NCBI GenBank assembly: GCA_030704615.1
Contig: CM060732.1
Span: forward strand, 67,270,001-67,334,000
Direction of reading: 5' to 3'
Length of the DNA: 64,000 nucleotides
DNA from: Takakia lepidozioides
Taxonomy: Eukaryota > Plantae > Bryophyta
In this document: in pieces, positions 37,051-48,786 of the stretch
How positions within the stretch are numbered: the first letter of the stretch is position 1
How the letters are laid out: each line of letters opens with the position of its first letter
Notes under the pieces: generated by a model
The model's database searches: none
What the model was told of the DNA's origin: nothing
What the model saw: the letters and a program-made list of their open reading frames with translations, nothing else
Translations under genes and position numbers: made by a program

Positions 37051-38934
37051 CATTTGCTGGAACAATTCTAAAAGGAGAATGTTTGTCAGATTACCAGATG
37101 TCGTTCTAAACACTGCCCCTGCCCTGGTGGACATGTATGCCAAATGTGGGTGCATCGAGGATGCCAAGGGAGTGTTCAACACTATGGCTGAACGAGATGT
37201 GGTGTCGTGGAGTGCAATGCTTGCGGGGTATGCACAGCAGGGGTGCGGGATGGAGGCTCCAGCCTATGGGCAAATGATGGGGGAAGGGGTGAAGCCCGTC
37301 GACATAAGGTTTGTGTGTGTTTGCAGTGTGTCTGGCAGCCCTGGAAAAGGGCAAAGAGATCCCTGGTGACATGATCAAATCTGCAATTGTTCCAGATGTC
37401 ATCCTGAACACTGCTCTGGTGGCCATGTATGCCAAATATGGTAGCATTGAGGATGCCAAGGGAGTGTTCAACACTATGGCTGAATGAGATGTGGTGTTGT
37501 GGAATGTGATGTTTGTAGGGTGTGCAGAGTAGGGGCGCTATATGGGGCTTTGGAGACCTGAAAGCAAATAATGGGGGAAGGGGTGAAGTTCAACCACATC
37601 ATGTTTGTGTGCATTTGCAGTGCGTGTGCAAGCCTGGCAGCCCTGGAAAAGGGCATCGGAGGTGCATGGTTGCATCACCAAAGCTGGAAATGTACCAGAT
37701 GGATCAATAGCTACAAGAAACCTGCATGAGTAGATGGTGACTGGTCAACTAGAAGCCGCCGCAGCAGCGGCACAATGATAAACTCAGGCACTGGTAATGA
37801 AAGCACCTTCTTCAACACATTTTCACCCTGTTTTTCCCTCTTATTAGAATCGGCCCTAAATTTTCATGTTGAATTATGCAAATTAGGTGGTTGAGTGAGC
37901 CTTTGATAGTTTGGAGCGACTTTGACGTGGTACTGCCAATGTGACAACAGGGAAGTATCAAAAAACAAGTAACAGCTGAGACGGGGAGAAACTGTGGAAT
38001 GAATACTTTTCTGACCCCAGTCAATGGTGGGACAACCGAGGTAAAAACTTCATGAACTTAAGGCATAGGTGGCTGATTGTTTCATTTTGAACCTGATATG
38101 CTTTGAGCCTGGTTCCGGAGATTTATCTCCAGACCTGCAATCTGCTTTTGTGATGAGTTTACAATCTGCATATATGGTGGTAAATGTTATATATCAAACC
38201 AAGGTTCTTTCCTAAATGTGAATGACCTGGAAACCTTGTTAGAAAGATGAATGGCTTACGAATTGGACTATGTATGGCTTGACCCATGGATTAAATTTCA
38301 AAGGGTTAGAACATGTGTTAGGGTTTTAATACTGAATGGATGTGGGACATTGCTAGGGCGCCAAAGCATGACATTCCATGCATTCACGCCATTGGATGCC
38401 AAACTTTTTTTGGCACGTTGGACCAAGGTTTGTATGCATTCACGAATTGCCGACCTTGCTCGTTGCCCGGTTGACCTTATTTTCCATAATTGCTAACTTT
38501 GTGGGGTGGAGGGGCTTGTGTTAGGCTGCAACTGGAGGCACCTCTCCATGCAGCAGTTTTCATACTAGAGATGAGCATGCATGCACCAGTTGGCTATTAG
38601 TTCTGTACAATGTGGCCATTTACATGTTGGGTACTTCAAACTATTAGTAGATGCATTGCTAAATGTAACTGCTAAGGGGTGTTGGGCGTGATGTTTGCAG
38701 GCTGAGAAAGCCACTCTTGATATTGCCACCGACAGTGCACCAACTACGGCGCCTTCAAAGGCAACCCCCAAATATCAACCCCCTGCCACAGTGGCAGATA
38801 TTCTTATGCTACCAATAGTACTCTGCACTTTGAGTGATTGCTTATACTGGACGGTCCTCATTATTTAGTTTTCAATGTACATGTAAGTCTTCATGGGTTG
38901 ATTAATGTGGGTTTTATGGTGGGTTTTATGGTGC

Positions 38935-39206
38935 AGTTTAAGTTGAAGGACAAAATCAGCATGTATGATCCTCATTTACCAGGACACAAGGCTGCTAGTG
39001 GAATTGTCATTGGTGTGCCTGGCAAAGACACATATCACTGCCGTGTTATACCTGAAGGATTGTGGCGGGTTGAGGTGAATGATATCTATATTGCCAATTG
39101 TGTCTTGCCTCACCCTAACGAGGAAGAGGTCCCACCGCAAACAATGTTGGAGGATGCCGTCGGTCTGAATTGTCTTTGGCCAGAGAAGAACATGAAGAGG
39201 GCTTAG
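38935..39206 (+). pseudogene. CACTA Tnp1/TnpA-like C-terminal domain remnant
   Basis: HCRVIPEGLWRVEVNDIY...LPHPNEEE..QTMLEDAVG...LWP pattern. Confidence 0.6.
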
Positions 39207-40769
39207 ATTTTGTTCGCCCGGGCATACACATTGCTGGCAGTGAGAAGAAGGCAGGAAAGCAGTTCAGTGTTCCTAGAATGCATGTGCAGACGCCGTGTAG
39301 AAGTTAGGCTCAGACTTTTATCATGGCTGGATTTTGTTGACAGTGTTCCAACACTTAACTCTCTGGGATTCTAGTCTGTTTTGTGGAGCTTGAATCCCCA
39401 ATGGTACTTCTTTCACTACACTAGTGGTATGTGTTCCTCTAGTCATGTTCATAATCACTTGCACATCACTGTAATAGTGGTATAATTTAAAACTGTGGGA
39501 GTAGCCAAATGCACACAATTGCCTACATTACCACTCGTATAGTGGTATAAGTAGTCATATATATATTACTGTACTAGTGGTATGAATTCCTCTAGTGGTA
39601 TTCCTAATCACTTACACACCACTCTGTTAGTAATCACTCCAATCCATAGTTCCCACTTAGAGAGACACCTTGACTCAAATAGTTTACACACCACTCTGTG
39701 GGTAATCATTCCAATGACTTGCTGAGAGACGTCATCCACTCACATAACCACTCTGTGAGTGATATTGTATATTCTCCGTTTTCATATAATGACTCTATGA
39801 GTCATTTTGTGATCACTCGACAAGTGGTTTTAGAAGTCATTGAATTTCACTCCATCCATTTCGTAGCACTGACACACGACACGTGTCCATGATGAGAGTG
39901 TCGCCACGTGTTGACATAATCTCCAATATCATCCACGGACCACCGGCTTACACGTCTTCACTACAAAACGGAAGTGGTTACTTTACCACTATGACACGTC
40001 AGTTTACCACTGTGACACATCATAAGTGGTTGGTTTACCTCAGTGACATGTCATTGACATGTCACAATGGTTAATTTACCACTGTGACACGTCAGCTAAC
40101 AGGTGGACCCGGACGTGAGTGGTTCGAACCACTGTCCTTAACCACCGGTGCCACGTAATGTCTTTTACCACTCACTTCTCCTAATGCACTGGATCTTCAT
40201 CACTTTGAGGCCAGAGTGGTTTAGTGTCTTTTACTACTCAAAATGAGTGGTTAACAGAGTGGTTATTCCGCGTTTTTCTTCTAGTGAGTGAAGCTGCAAT
40301 ATGTTTTGTCATGCCCAAGAAGATTACTTGGTTGCATGTTTGAAATCTGGTAAATTGCAGGCTGGTCCTTCAAGGGTGCTTGTATGAACATACCTTGAAT
40401 CTGTAGCAGGGCAGGCTGTTCTTACCTACCCAAGGAGCCTTGCATGATGCATGTCTTGGGTTACTTACAGGAATTTGAACATGCTGCAGCAATTTGATTT
40501 TTCAGTACACAACATGCTTGCTTATATGCTTGTCTTGTTGTCATGACCTATACATAAACAAACCCCGACCTCCCACCTTGTTTTATTATGAATGATTGGG
40601 TGAAATCAATTGGGAACTCATGACAAGAATGGAAGTGTTAGATGGTGCCCTGTTTATGGGTTGTTTATGTCTTTAATTGACAATGACCCTAGTGGGTCTT
40701 GTCCATGTCTTGACATGACATGAGGATCTTCCCTCTCTCTCCCTCTCTTTTAAGCTCCCGACGAGATGA

Positions 40770-41530
40770 GTTTAAGGTCAGATGGTGGGGTCAGCTGCAG
40801 CAGATGTCCAACACCAGATATCCTAAGTTAATCGACTTTATATCTTGGAAACTGGACCGCCCACCGACCTGTCAAACAGGCTAAGTCCTAGCACTAGAAG
40901 ACAGTAGAAGAGATTCTCAAGGACCTGGACCTGGAACCGCAAGTCTTCACCCCGTTGGATAAATATGACTTAGAGGCTATAGTGTCCAACCATGTCTGTT
41001 GCCATGAGATTGTCTGATGAAAATGAAGTTAGGCAAAAAACTTCCCTGAACTTGTTTCCAGTCTATGACATGGGGGAGGACATCTTGGATGACCTCAAGG
41101 GTCTACCCACTCTCGACACTAGACTGAAATTTAAACTCGGGGCAGGAAGCCTTCCTTTGATAAGCAAACAGAAGCAGAGAGGAAAGGGAGAGTGCAATTG
41201 CCCGTTGTGTCGGCAATCTGAAGACATTATTCATTTTCTGATACACTGTCTGGGGTTCTCTCACCAAAGAGGCTCTCTCTTCAAATCTATCAAGGGAATT
41301 GTGCATGTACCTCTGTTTACTAACTTTGAAAGTGTCGAGGCTGAGCCAAAAGCCCAGCCCCTTCTGAGGCCTAGTTTTTGGGCAATTCACATACAACAGA
41401 TTGATGCTTGTGTGAAGGGATTTGTAGAGGATATCTGGAAAACCCAGATTAATTCTATATGTGAAGGTAAGTCTTACTACCAACGTCAACCCCTGACAGA
41501 GGTAGGATCTGTCCCTTTTGTTTCCCCAAG
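40770..41530 (+). mobile_element. LINE ORF2 3' fragment with C-terminal CCHC zinc finger
   Basis: KVRWWGQLQQMSNTRYPKL near 40775; CPLCRQSEDIIHFLIHC in ORF 40992..41576. Confidence 0.7.
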
Positions 41531-41634
41531 AGAGGGGGCAACAAAGAAAAAAAAAAATGTGGGGGGGGGGGAGTGACTGAGCAGCAGCAGCACATTCTTT
41601 GGAATTGGTCGGTTTTATCAGTTTTTTTCCTGTT

Positions 41635-42232
41635 TTTCCATCTATACTGGATGGACTCTAAACAGTGTTTTCACCCTCCCTATAACGATTTTTTATCCAT
41701 ACCGGATGAATTACCTCGGTGGACACCACTCTAAACTGAGTCTATGATTTTTTTCATTCCTCTTTTATTGACTTTCATCCATACCAGATGAGTGATAATG
41801 AGGAATTACCTCTGTAGGGGTTGACACTGACATCCTATATTTAATTTTTTCCATCCATACCGGATGAAAAATACCAGGATATTAATTCGTTTATTCCTCT
41901 ATCATGGCTTTTTTCCGTACTGGATGAGGCATTTTTTTTGGGGATGTTGAATTACCTATTAGGATGTGAAACCGTTGCCTTGGATATTATGTACTACGAA
42001 CCTTCTTCAACTGGATGAAGTATTAACTTTTTCATCTGAACCGGATGAAATATGCAGCCTATGATGGCCTTGTACTGTTGTTTAATAATTAATTACCCTT
42101 AATTATGGCTAATTAAGGAATGAAACCCTAATCCCTACCCTATAACCTACTGTTTAAACCTAGCTAACGGATGACATCCGTCGGGTTTCGAAAAAAGCAG
42201 TGTTGATTACTCATCCTGCACGGATGAAAAAT
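41635..42232. repeat. Array of TCATCC-n5-GGATGA hairpin motifs
   Basis: About 8-9 degenerate copies, e.g. catccataccggatga, ttcatctgaaccggatgaa, tcatcctgcacggatga. Confidence 0.7.
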
Positions 42233-44899
42233 CGGACATGGCCCTAGGATGTCTCTCCCGCCATCAGCAGCACTCCTCGTGCTTCTGAGCTCGCGGGATG
42301 AGAGTTATGGCATCTGCGTTTTGCTGCTACCCTGTCTGCTGCTTCGTATCCATGCTGGACGAGCTCCTGGGGATGCGCAATAGTTGAGTTTTGTCTCTTC
42401 TCACAGTTTATACCATCCCTGTTAGTGCCTACTGGGAACTCGTTCATACCAAGTAGTTAAACTGAAGACCAAAGGAGGGCCATTTAAAACCATCATGGCA
42501 TTCTTTTTGGTCCCAATTAAGAACTTGGTTGGTAACCACCAACGTACTGCAAAGATAAGCTTGATGCCAAATCCATGTATGCTCAATAGCATAGCAAAGG
42601 AAAAATCTAAGAAGTCTACTGCTGATTTCAGGGCAGCCTTGGTCTCATTGCAGATTGAATGTTTGATTAGCACATGGGAACAAATGTGGCCTGAACCCAC
42701 AGTTGGCTCAGAACGACCCTTATCCCTACCTTTTCCTAGACTCTAGACAACCCTAGGTTTTCCAAGTATCAACACAGATTGAACTCATTTCAAATCTTCA
42801 AGCAGAAAATATGATGAAGAACATGACTATCACACGGAGACTGAATGACGATATATAACAGATACTACAGATAGTACATACGTAGAAAGACTAGAGAGAA
42901 GCACACAGTTATGGATGTGAATGCATCGTCTCTTTCCCTCCTCTGGCTTTTATGTTTCGCGGCGGCACTCGTGTTGGGAAGTATCTCTCTCTCCCTTCTT
43001 AAATCTAGCAAGGATGCTTGTATGCTTCACTTCTCCTTAACTGTGCTGGAGGTGGCTTGCTGGTGGCGATGGCGCACAGTTATCTTCCCCAATCGCTCAA
43101 GGTGCTTTTGGTGATTAGGGTTCCTTTTGCTTTATGTCTTTCTCTCTTGCTTTTGAGGTTGTTAGTTGACATCGATGACAAGTGTACTAGGGGTCTGTAA
43201 TTCACCTGGGGTTCCACAATCCTCACTAACCTGTTGGTTTTTGTGGGGGCTTGTGATGGGACCAGGTGAGGATCCCTACTGGCTTGATTCTCTTGAGCTT
43301 GCAGATAAGGATGTGGGCAACGAGAACCTAGTGTGTATGACGTCTTTACTTGGCTGCTGCCTGTAGCCCCGATTTCGGCCCACTTGCTCCTGGTTTGGCA
43401 TGCTGATGCTTACTTTTGACTTATTTTTTGCTGCCTTTGATGGAACACTTCGGCCTGACAGGCTTGTCTCTTGAAGCCCTGCATCTGGACCTTACCTTGT
43501 CTTGAATCTTTGACAGCATTGCCTATGGATTATTAAGCTAGGTACTGTTCTGGCCTTAAAGAGGAGTTATGGTTTATGGGTAAGGCATCAATGGCTATTT
43601 GGTTCTAAGGAAGAGGAGGCCCTGTTTTTAAAGATGGCAGCCTGATAAGGCAATAACAGGCCTCTTTCAGGCCTGGATTTGGTGTGGAATGGAGCATAGT
43701 GAGATTTTATTCGCAAAACCTGGCATAAACCTCCTGGAAAACAGTGTTGGTGCTCCGAAGAGATGCTCTAGTAGCCCAGTTCATAACAACCAAATTTGTG
43801 AGATAATCTTCTGATCGGAGCGAGCAGACCAATCAACTCACCCCAAAAGGTTGCTAACTGGATAGTCATGATCACTAACCTTTGAATCTCGTAGTGGTTC
43901 TTCTCTACACAGTTCCGAGGAGTTTGTAGCACTTTCAAAAGCTCAGTTCACCCTCTAGCTACACATGGCGACATGACATGTAGGCAACTACGCTAACTTG
44001 TCTATCATATATCAAAATTCCCGCAGAGGTGCGAGCTTAATATCGTAACTACCAAGCACTTGCATGGTAGTTGCATGTCCTCACCATGAAGCTCATGGTG
44101 TAGGTAGACGTGGGACGGGGTTGGGGTTTTGGCCGCCTTTCGATCCTCAACTGTGCTCGTGATTAACACATATGTCTACACAAATGTCGGGCTACTTATA
44201 TCCTCGGATAGTGGGTGATGCAAACTGAGTAAATGCTTAGTTGCAGTGGTGGGAATCAAAGCCCCAATATTCCGCGCGGATGCCTTCGTAACGCTAGGAT
44301 GACTTGCAGGGGAGGCACCTATTGCCGCGAAATTTGGTGGAACGATGTTTTTCTCCTTTGTTTCTCTCCCTTTTGCTCTCTCTCATCACACAGTTTCTGA
44401 GACGGGTTTTCAGCCAACAAAAGTTCTGTGAAGAAGATGTAGTGAGAAAAGTGGGCCCCCATCTTTACCCTAACTATCTATACTGCACAGTCAGAGTTGT
44501 AACCAAATTACACACCACAACCGCCGCAGCGGAAGAGAAGACAGTCATGGCGCGCTCCCGTTGATCTCATGAAGAGTGGTGATTGCATGTGCTCATGTGA
44601 TTCTCTCTGTACACAACTAATAATCCACAGCGTGAGTATGCCCGTGAGGGTCACCAAGTACAAGCATTTGTTATGGCCGCAACACCTTTGAATTTGTTTG
44701 ATCAAGTTGTGCAGTAGCTTACCCGACCCCTCTCCTCCTCTTATCTTTTCTCCTCACTCTTATGTTTCTTCTGAGAACCATCACAGGGCTGGTTCACATT
44801 CTCTGTTTAGCCATGCAGCCTAAGTGGCCTTATCATCTCTGGAGTTGATCTTATTTGTGCACTCAAGCTCACCATCTACGCTGTGAATGATGTAATATG

Positions 44900-45085
44900 T
44901 TGCAACTCCAGTTTCGCTGATGGCAACATGGACCTCTTTACTCTTTACCTGTTTCTAGGGCACCCAGGCTTTGTACACGGATTGACAACACAATTGAACG
45001 TGACCTTGACCTTGGCTGACCTTGGCTGGCATCAGCCTTTCCCCCATAATTTGGTCATAGATATGGACCTCTTTGCCTCCCTGAT
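44900..45085 (-). pseudogene. PPR fragment
   Basis: GKEVHIYDQIMGERLMPAKV..TFNCVVNPC..LGALETGKE..VHVAISETGVA, with frameshifts. Confidence 0.7.
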
Positions 45086-45279
45086 ATTGTCGTACTTGTA
45101 CTGAAGCTGTTTTTTGACACTGGCTCGAACATCTTGGTTGTGGAGAGACATGTGGAAGGAGAGAGGGTTGAATGGCCAGATGCTGGAAACCCACAATGCT
45201 GCGTTGCCGCATTGTCCTGACAAACCAACAAGAGATCGTTGATCGCAGCCGACTCTGTGAGATTCTGTTACAAACGCAC

Positions 45280-45422
45280 AAAAATGACGACGATGACATG
45301 GCTGATGACGACGACGTGGCGTGGTGACGATGGCGTGACTATGATGACGTGTTTATGATGATGTGGCGACGATGGTGTGACTATGATGACGTGTCTACGA
45401 CGATGTGGCGACGATGACGTGT
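45280..45422. repeat. gacgatg-type low-complexity tandem repeat
   Basis: Repeated gatgacgtg/gacgatgg units. Confidence 0.7.
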
Positions 45423-45605
45423 CAATTCCTGCTCTACGCTAAACTAGTCGTCGCTAGAATTTTCTCTGAAGCCCTATCGGAAGCCATAATTCCATGCTGC
45501 ATGTGCCAGACTGCTCAAAGTTACGTGCTTTTTGGGGGTTGCCTATTGGCTCCCACCATCACGGTCATTATCCCATGTAAAGACCGACGTAGCTGACAGC
45601 ACGAC

Positions 45606-46806
45606 TAGGGAATTCCAAAAAGGCCTTGATGTGAAATGCATCGCAATTCACTTGATCACCCCCTAAAAGTGCGCAATTCAATTGAATTGCAAGGGCAATT
45701 CAATTGAACTAACCCTAATTTGCAATTCAATTGAATTGTCGGCACACGATTCAATTGAATTGCCAATTCGCAATTCAATTGAATTGCTGACTACAATTCA
45801 ATTGAATTGTAATCTATAATTTTTAACTTATTTTTGTATATAATATATAATATATATGTACATGTATATATTCAAATTATATTCATACACATATAAGAGT
45901 ATAAGCTAAAAATACATGTTGCCCGTCTATTCTTGCTGGCCCTCTTTCTTGTGCCCTTGAGGAAATTGTGGAGTTGTGAAGCCACCCTCAGCCTCAGCGA
46001 GAAAGGAAGAGCCAGAGACGGAGACAGATCGGCAGATTCCTGTGATTCACTGGCAAAAGAAACATGGCTGGCTCCGAAAAAAACAGACAAAATCAAACCT
46101 GACAATTGATGAAAGGCTTCCCCTACATCACCATGTAGTCCCCTAACACTAGTATCTGGCCAGGACAAAGAAACAAAAAATATGTTCATCTTGAGAATTA
46201 TCAAATTTTTTGATACCCTTACAAAGGTATCATGTTGAAGTTGGGATGTGTGTTCTATATAAGTTTAATATATCAAACTCTTACACGTTGATACTCTTAC
46301 ATTGGTATCATGTTTGGTATATGTACATAGCCATATATTGGCACCAACATCCACAAAGAGAGACAATCCCGCTTTTACAAGCACTTCGTGACTTCCCCTC
46401 CCTCTCTCTCCCTCTCTCACTCTCCCTTAGGCTTACCTTGGGCTCAAGCCTTACACGGGCAAAGGATTAACAGACGGACAGCAAGAATAGACGGGCAACA
46501 TGTATTTTTAGCTTATACCTGTGTATATATATATGTATAATTTAAATATATACATATATACATATATATTATATACAGAAATAAGTTAAAAATTATAGAT
46601 TACAATTCAATTGAATTGAGAGTTGACAATTCAATTGAATTGCCAATTCGCAATTCAATTGAATCGTTGCCGACAATTCAATTGAATTGCAAATTAGGGT
46701 TAGTTCAATTGAATTGCCCTTGCAATTCAATTGAATTGCGCACTTTTAGGGGGTGATCAAGTGAATTGCGATGCATTTCACATCAAGGCCTTTTTGGAAT
46801 TCCCTA
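45606..46806. mobile_element. Foldback/MITE-like element with ~330-bp terminal inverted repeats
   Basis: 45606-45938 is the near-perfect reverse complement of 46479-46806. Arms contain caattcaattgaattg palindromes; cacgac is directly repeated on both flanks. Confidence 0.9.
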
Positions 46807-47539
46807 CACGACATATCCCTTAAACCTTAACCCTATAGGCTTACAGGGATTTCCACAGAAGAATGCCCCTGCTGTATGACACGAACTTTCATGATTTTTG
46901 ATCGTTGTGAAGAGTTGAGCTCTTCCACGTTTGCAGACAATGAGGGTGGTGGGCTGCATCCCTACAGGATATTCTACCCTGCTTCCTTCCTTTGGCTTCC
47001 ATCTGAGCTCTAGAGGGCAGCAAACATTAGCTATCAAATCATTCCTCTTGCCTTGTCCTAATACTTGCTTGACGCCAGCGCAGATCTCTCTCTATCAAAT
47101 ACCAAACCGAGCTTTAGATAGGCCCTGGTTAAATTTGGGAAATCTTGCCGTAAGACTTTCAGATCCTCCTAGCCACCTTCTCGGCGTTTGTCTTCGAACC
47201 GATTCAGTAGAGATGTCTGCATTTAAGGCAGTTAGTTTTTTTGAGGCACAAAACACTGTAAACCTCTCTCTCCTGCAGAAAAGGCCCTGAAACACACCGT
47301 TCCCTTGTTTTTCTCCTGCTTGAGAAGCTTGTTTCCTACATTCATCTCCCTCCCAGTTCTGACAGTAGCAAATTGTTGACTTGGCAGGACTGCTAGAGAT
47401 TGGTGACAGTATTGTAAACCTGTAATCCTTTCGGATCATTCGGAGATACGAATTTGCGCACAGGAGTGTGACGAGCCTACTGTATCTTACAAGAATACTA
47501 AGCCGGAAGAACTGACCTTGCTAGATGAAGCTGACTTTG

Positions 47540-48062
47540 AGGCTGAAGTGCCTAATGCCATGTTGGACACAGAAAGAATGTCCAAACAATACGATTTGGG
47601 CATAAAACTTTCCCGAACTTGTTTCTAGATGTGAGTGACACGGTTAAGGACATCAAGGATGAAGGGCCTACCTACCTTGGCCAGGGGGTCTCTGAATAGT
47701 AAACAGATGCAGAGAGGAAAGGGAGATTGTCAAGCCCGATGTGCGGCCTGAAGGCAACATCTACAATGTCTGGGGTCTTCTCGGGAGAGAGCGACCCTCT
47801 TCAAGGCTGACCCTAAAGCCCTGGCCCTGTTGGGATCTGATTGTTGGGCAGCTCACACACAGCAGATTGATGCTTGTGTGAAGGGCTTTCTAGAGGAAAT
47901 CTGGAAAGCCCAAACCAATTGTTTATATGAAGGAAAGTCCCACTACTGGAGTAAGCCCCTTTCTAAGGTAGCATCTATTCCCTGTTGGTCTGCCCAAACT
48001 GGCTGTGGGGTCTATGGCCATAAGGCTACGGCAAATGACGTCTTAGGAGTACACTCTTTCTC
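47540..48062 (+). mobile_element. Degenerate LINE 3' fragment (same family as 40770-41530)
   Basis: AAHTQQIDACVKGFLEEIWKAQTN..YEGKSHY matches the 41390-41480 translation. Confidence 0.75.
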
Positions 48063-48196
48063 ACACCCACACACAACAACGCAGGATACTACATTTGGCA
48101 GGTAGAGGGTGTGTGTTTTGTTAATTGTGGGTTATCATTATGAGCTACTTGTGGCCAGGGACACAGGATTATCTGAAGAAGGTAGGGATGGGGTGA

Positions 48197-48385
48197 CCTG
48201 CATGGGTGATGGTCAATTGGAGAAAATGGAAGCAGCTGGGTGGCGATGGAGTGTGGGCACACTTCCATCCTCGAGGACCACATTACAAGCTCAAGACCAC
48301 CAACACAGCACTGTGGATTGATAGCTACAAGATACCTGCATGGGCAGATGGTCATCTGGAGAAGATGGAATCAGCTAGGCAAAAG
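48197..48385 (+). other. OSB/PDF-like motif segment just upstream of the DYW-PPR ORF
   Basis: HPRGPHYKLKTTNTALWIDSYKIPAWADGHLEKME, preceded by a frameshifted duplicate of its tail (PAWV-DGQLEKME at 48198-48240). Confidence 0.55.
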
Positions 48386-48786
48386 TCTGTGGTGAACAAT
48401 GGTGGAGGGGGATTATCAGGGCAGTTCCAGTATGATAATGCCTCCCTTCTACAGATGCAGTCCTCCTGGAGTTTTGATTTTGATGTGTTAGTTGTGTAGG
48501 GGGGACTGCCTAATGGTTAAATCCAATGGGGGAATTTCACACAGATTTTACGTGGTAACAGTAGTCAGTATGAAGGTGGACACAGTGGTCAAAGTGGTTC
48601 TTGGTAGTTGATACAATAAAGGACGGCCAGCTGGTGGGCAAATCGTTTCATTTGTTCCAAGAATGCACCTCCATCTTGTGGCGTGGAAGGATAACCAACA
48701 CAAAACAGTCGCAAAGAGTCTGTCCTGGTCACCAGATGTTTTTCAAGCTTTGAGATATGTCATAACAGTTTGACTGTCAAGGTTTT

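Larger units (their letters stand above)
35355..37700 (+). pseudogene. Tandemly amplified, frameshifted PLS-class PPR fragments inside the CACTA element
   Basis: Repeated GKEVHGDI..GIVP.V.L...LV.M.AKCG and VFDTMAERDVVSWSAM units with a ~370-390 bp period in 35355-36470, and again at 37090-37700. Confidence 0.9.
32633..40286. mobile_element. CACTA (En/Spm) DNA transposon, non-autonomous, with captured gene fragments
   Basis: TIRs CACTAGAAGAAAAATGTGGAATAACCACT and AGTGGTTATTCCGCGTTTTTCTTCTAGTG; dense accact/agtggt subterminal repeats; transposase remnants inside. The 3-bp TSD is not cleanly preserved (atc versus agt). Confidence 0.92.

Noticed and set aside
42122-42150. Interstitial telomeric repeat
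   Set aside because: Only a single aaaccctaa unit with degenerate neighbours.
45430-45450. Helitron 3' end (ctagt)
   Set aside because: No convincing GC-rich hairpin at the expected spacing and no 5' end identified.
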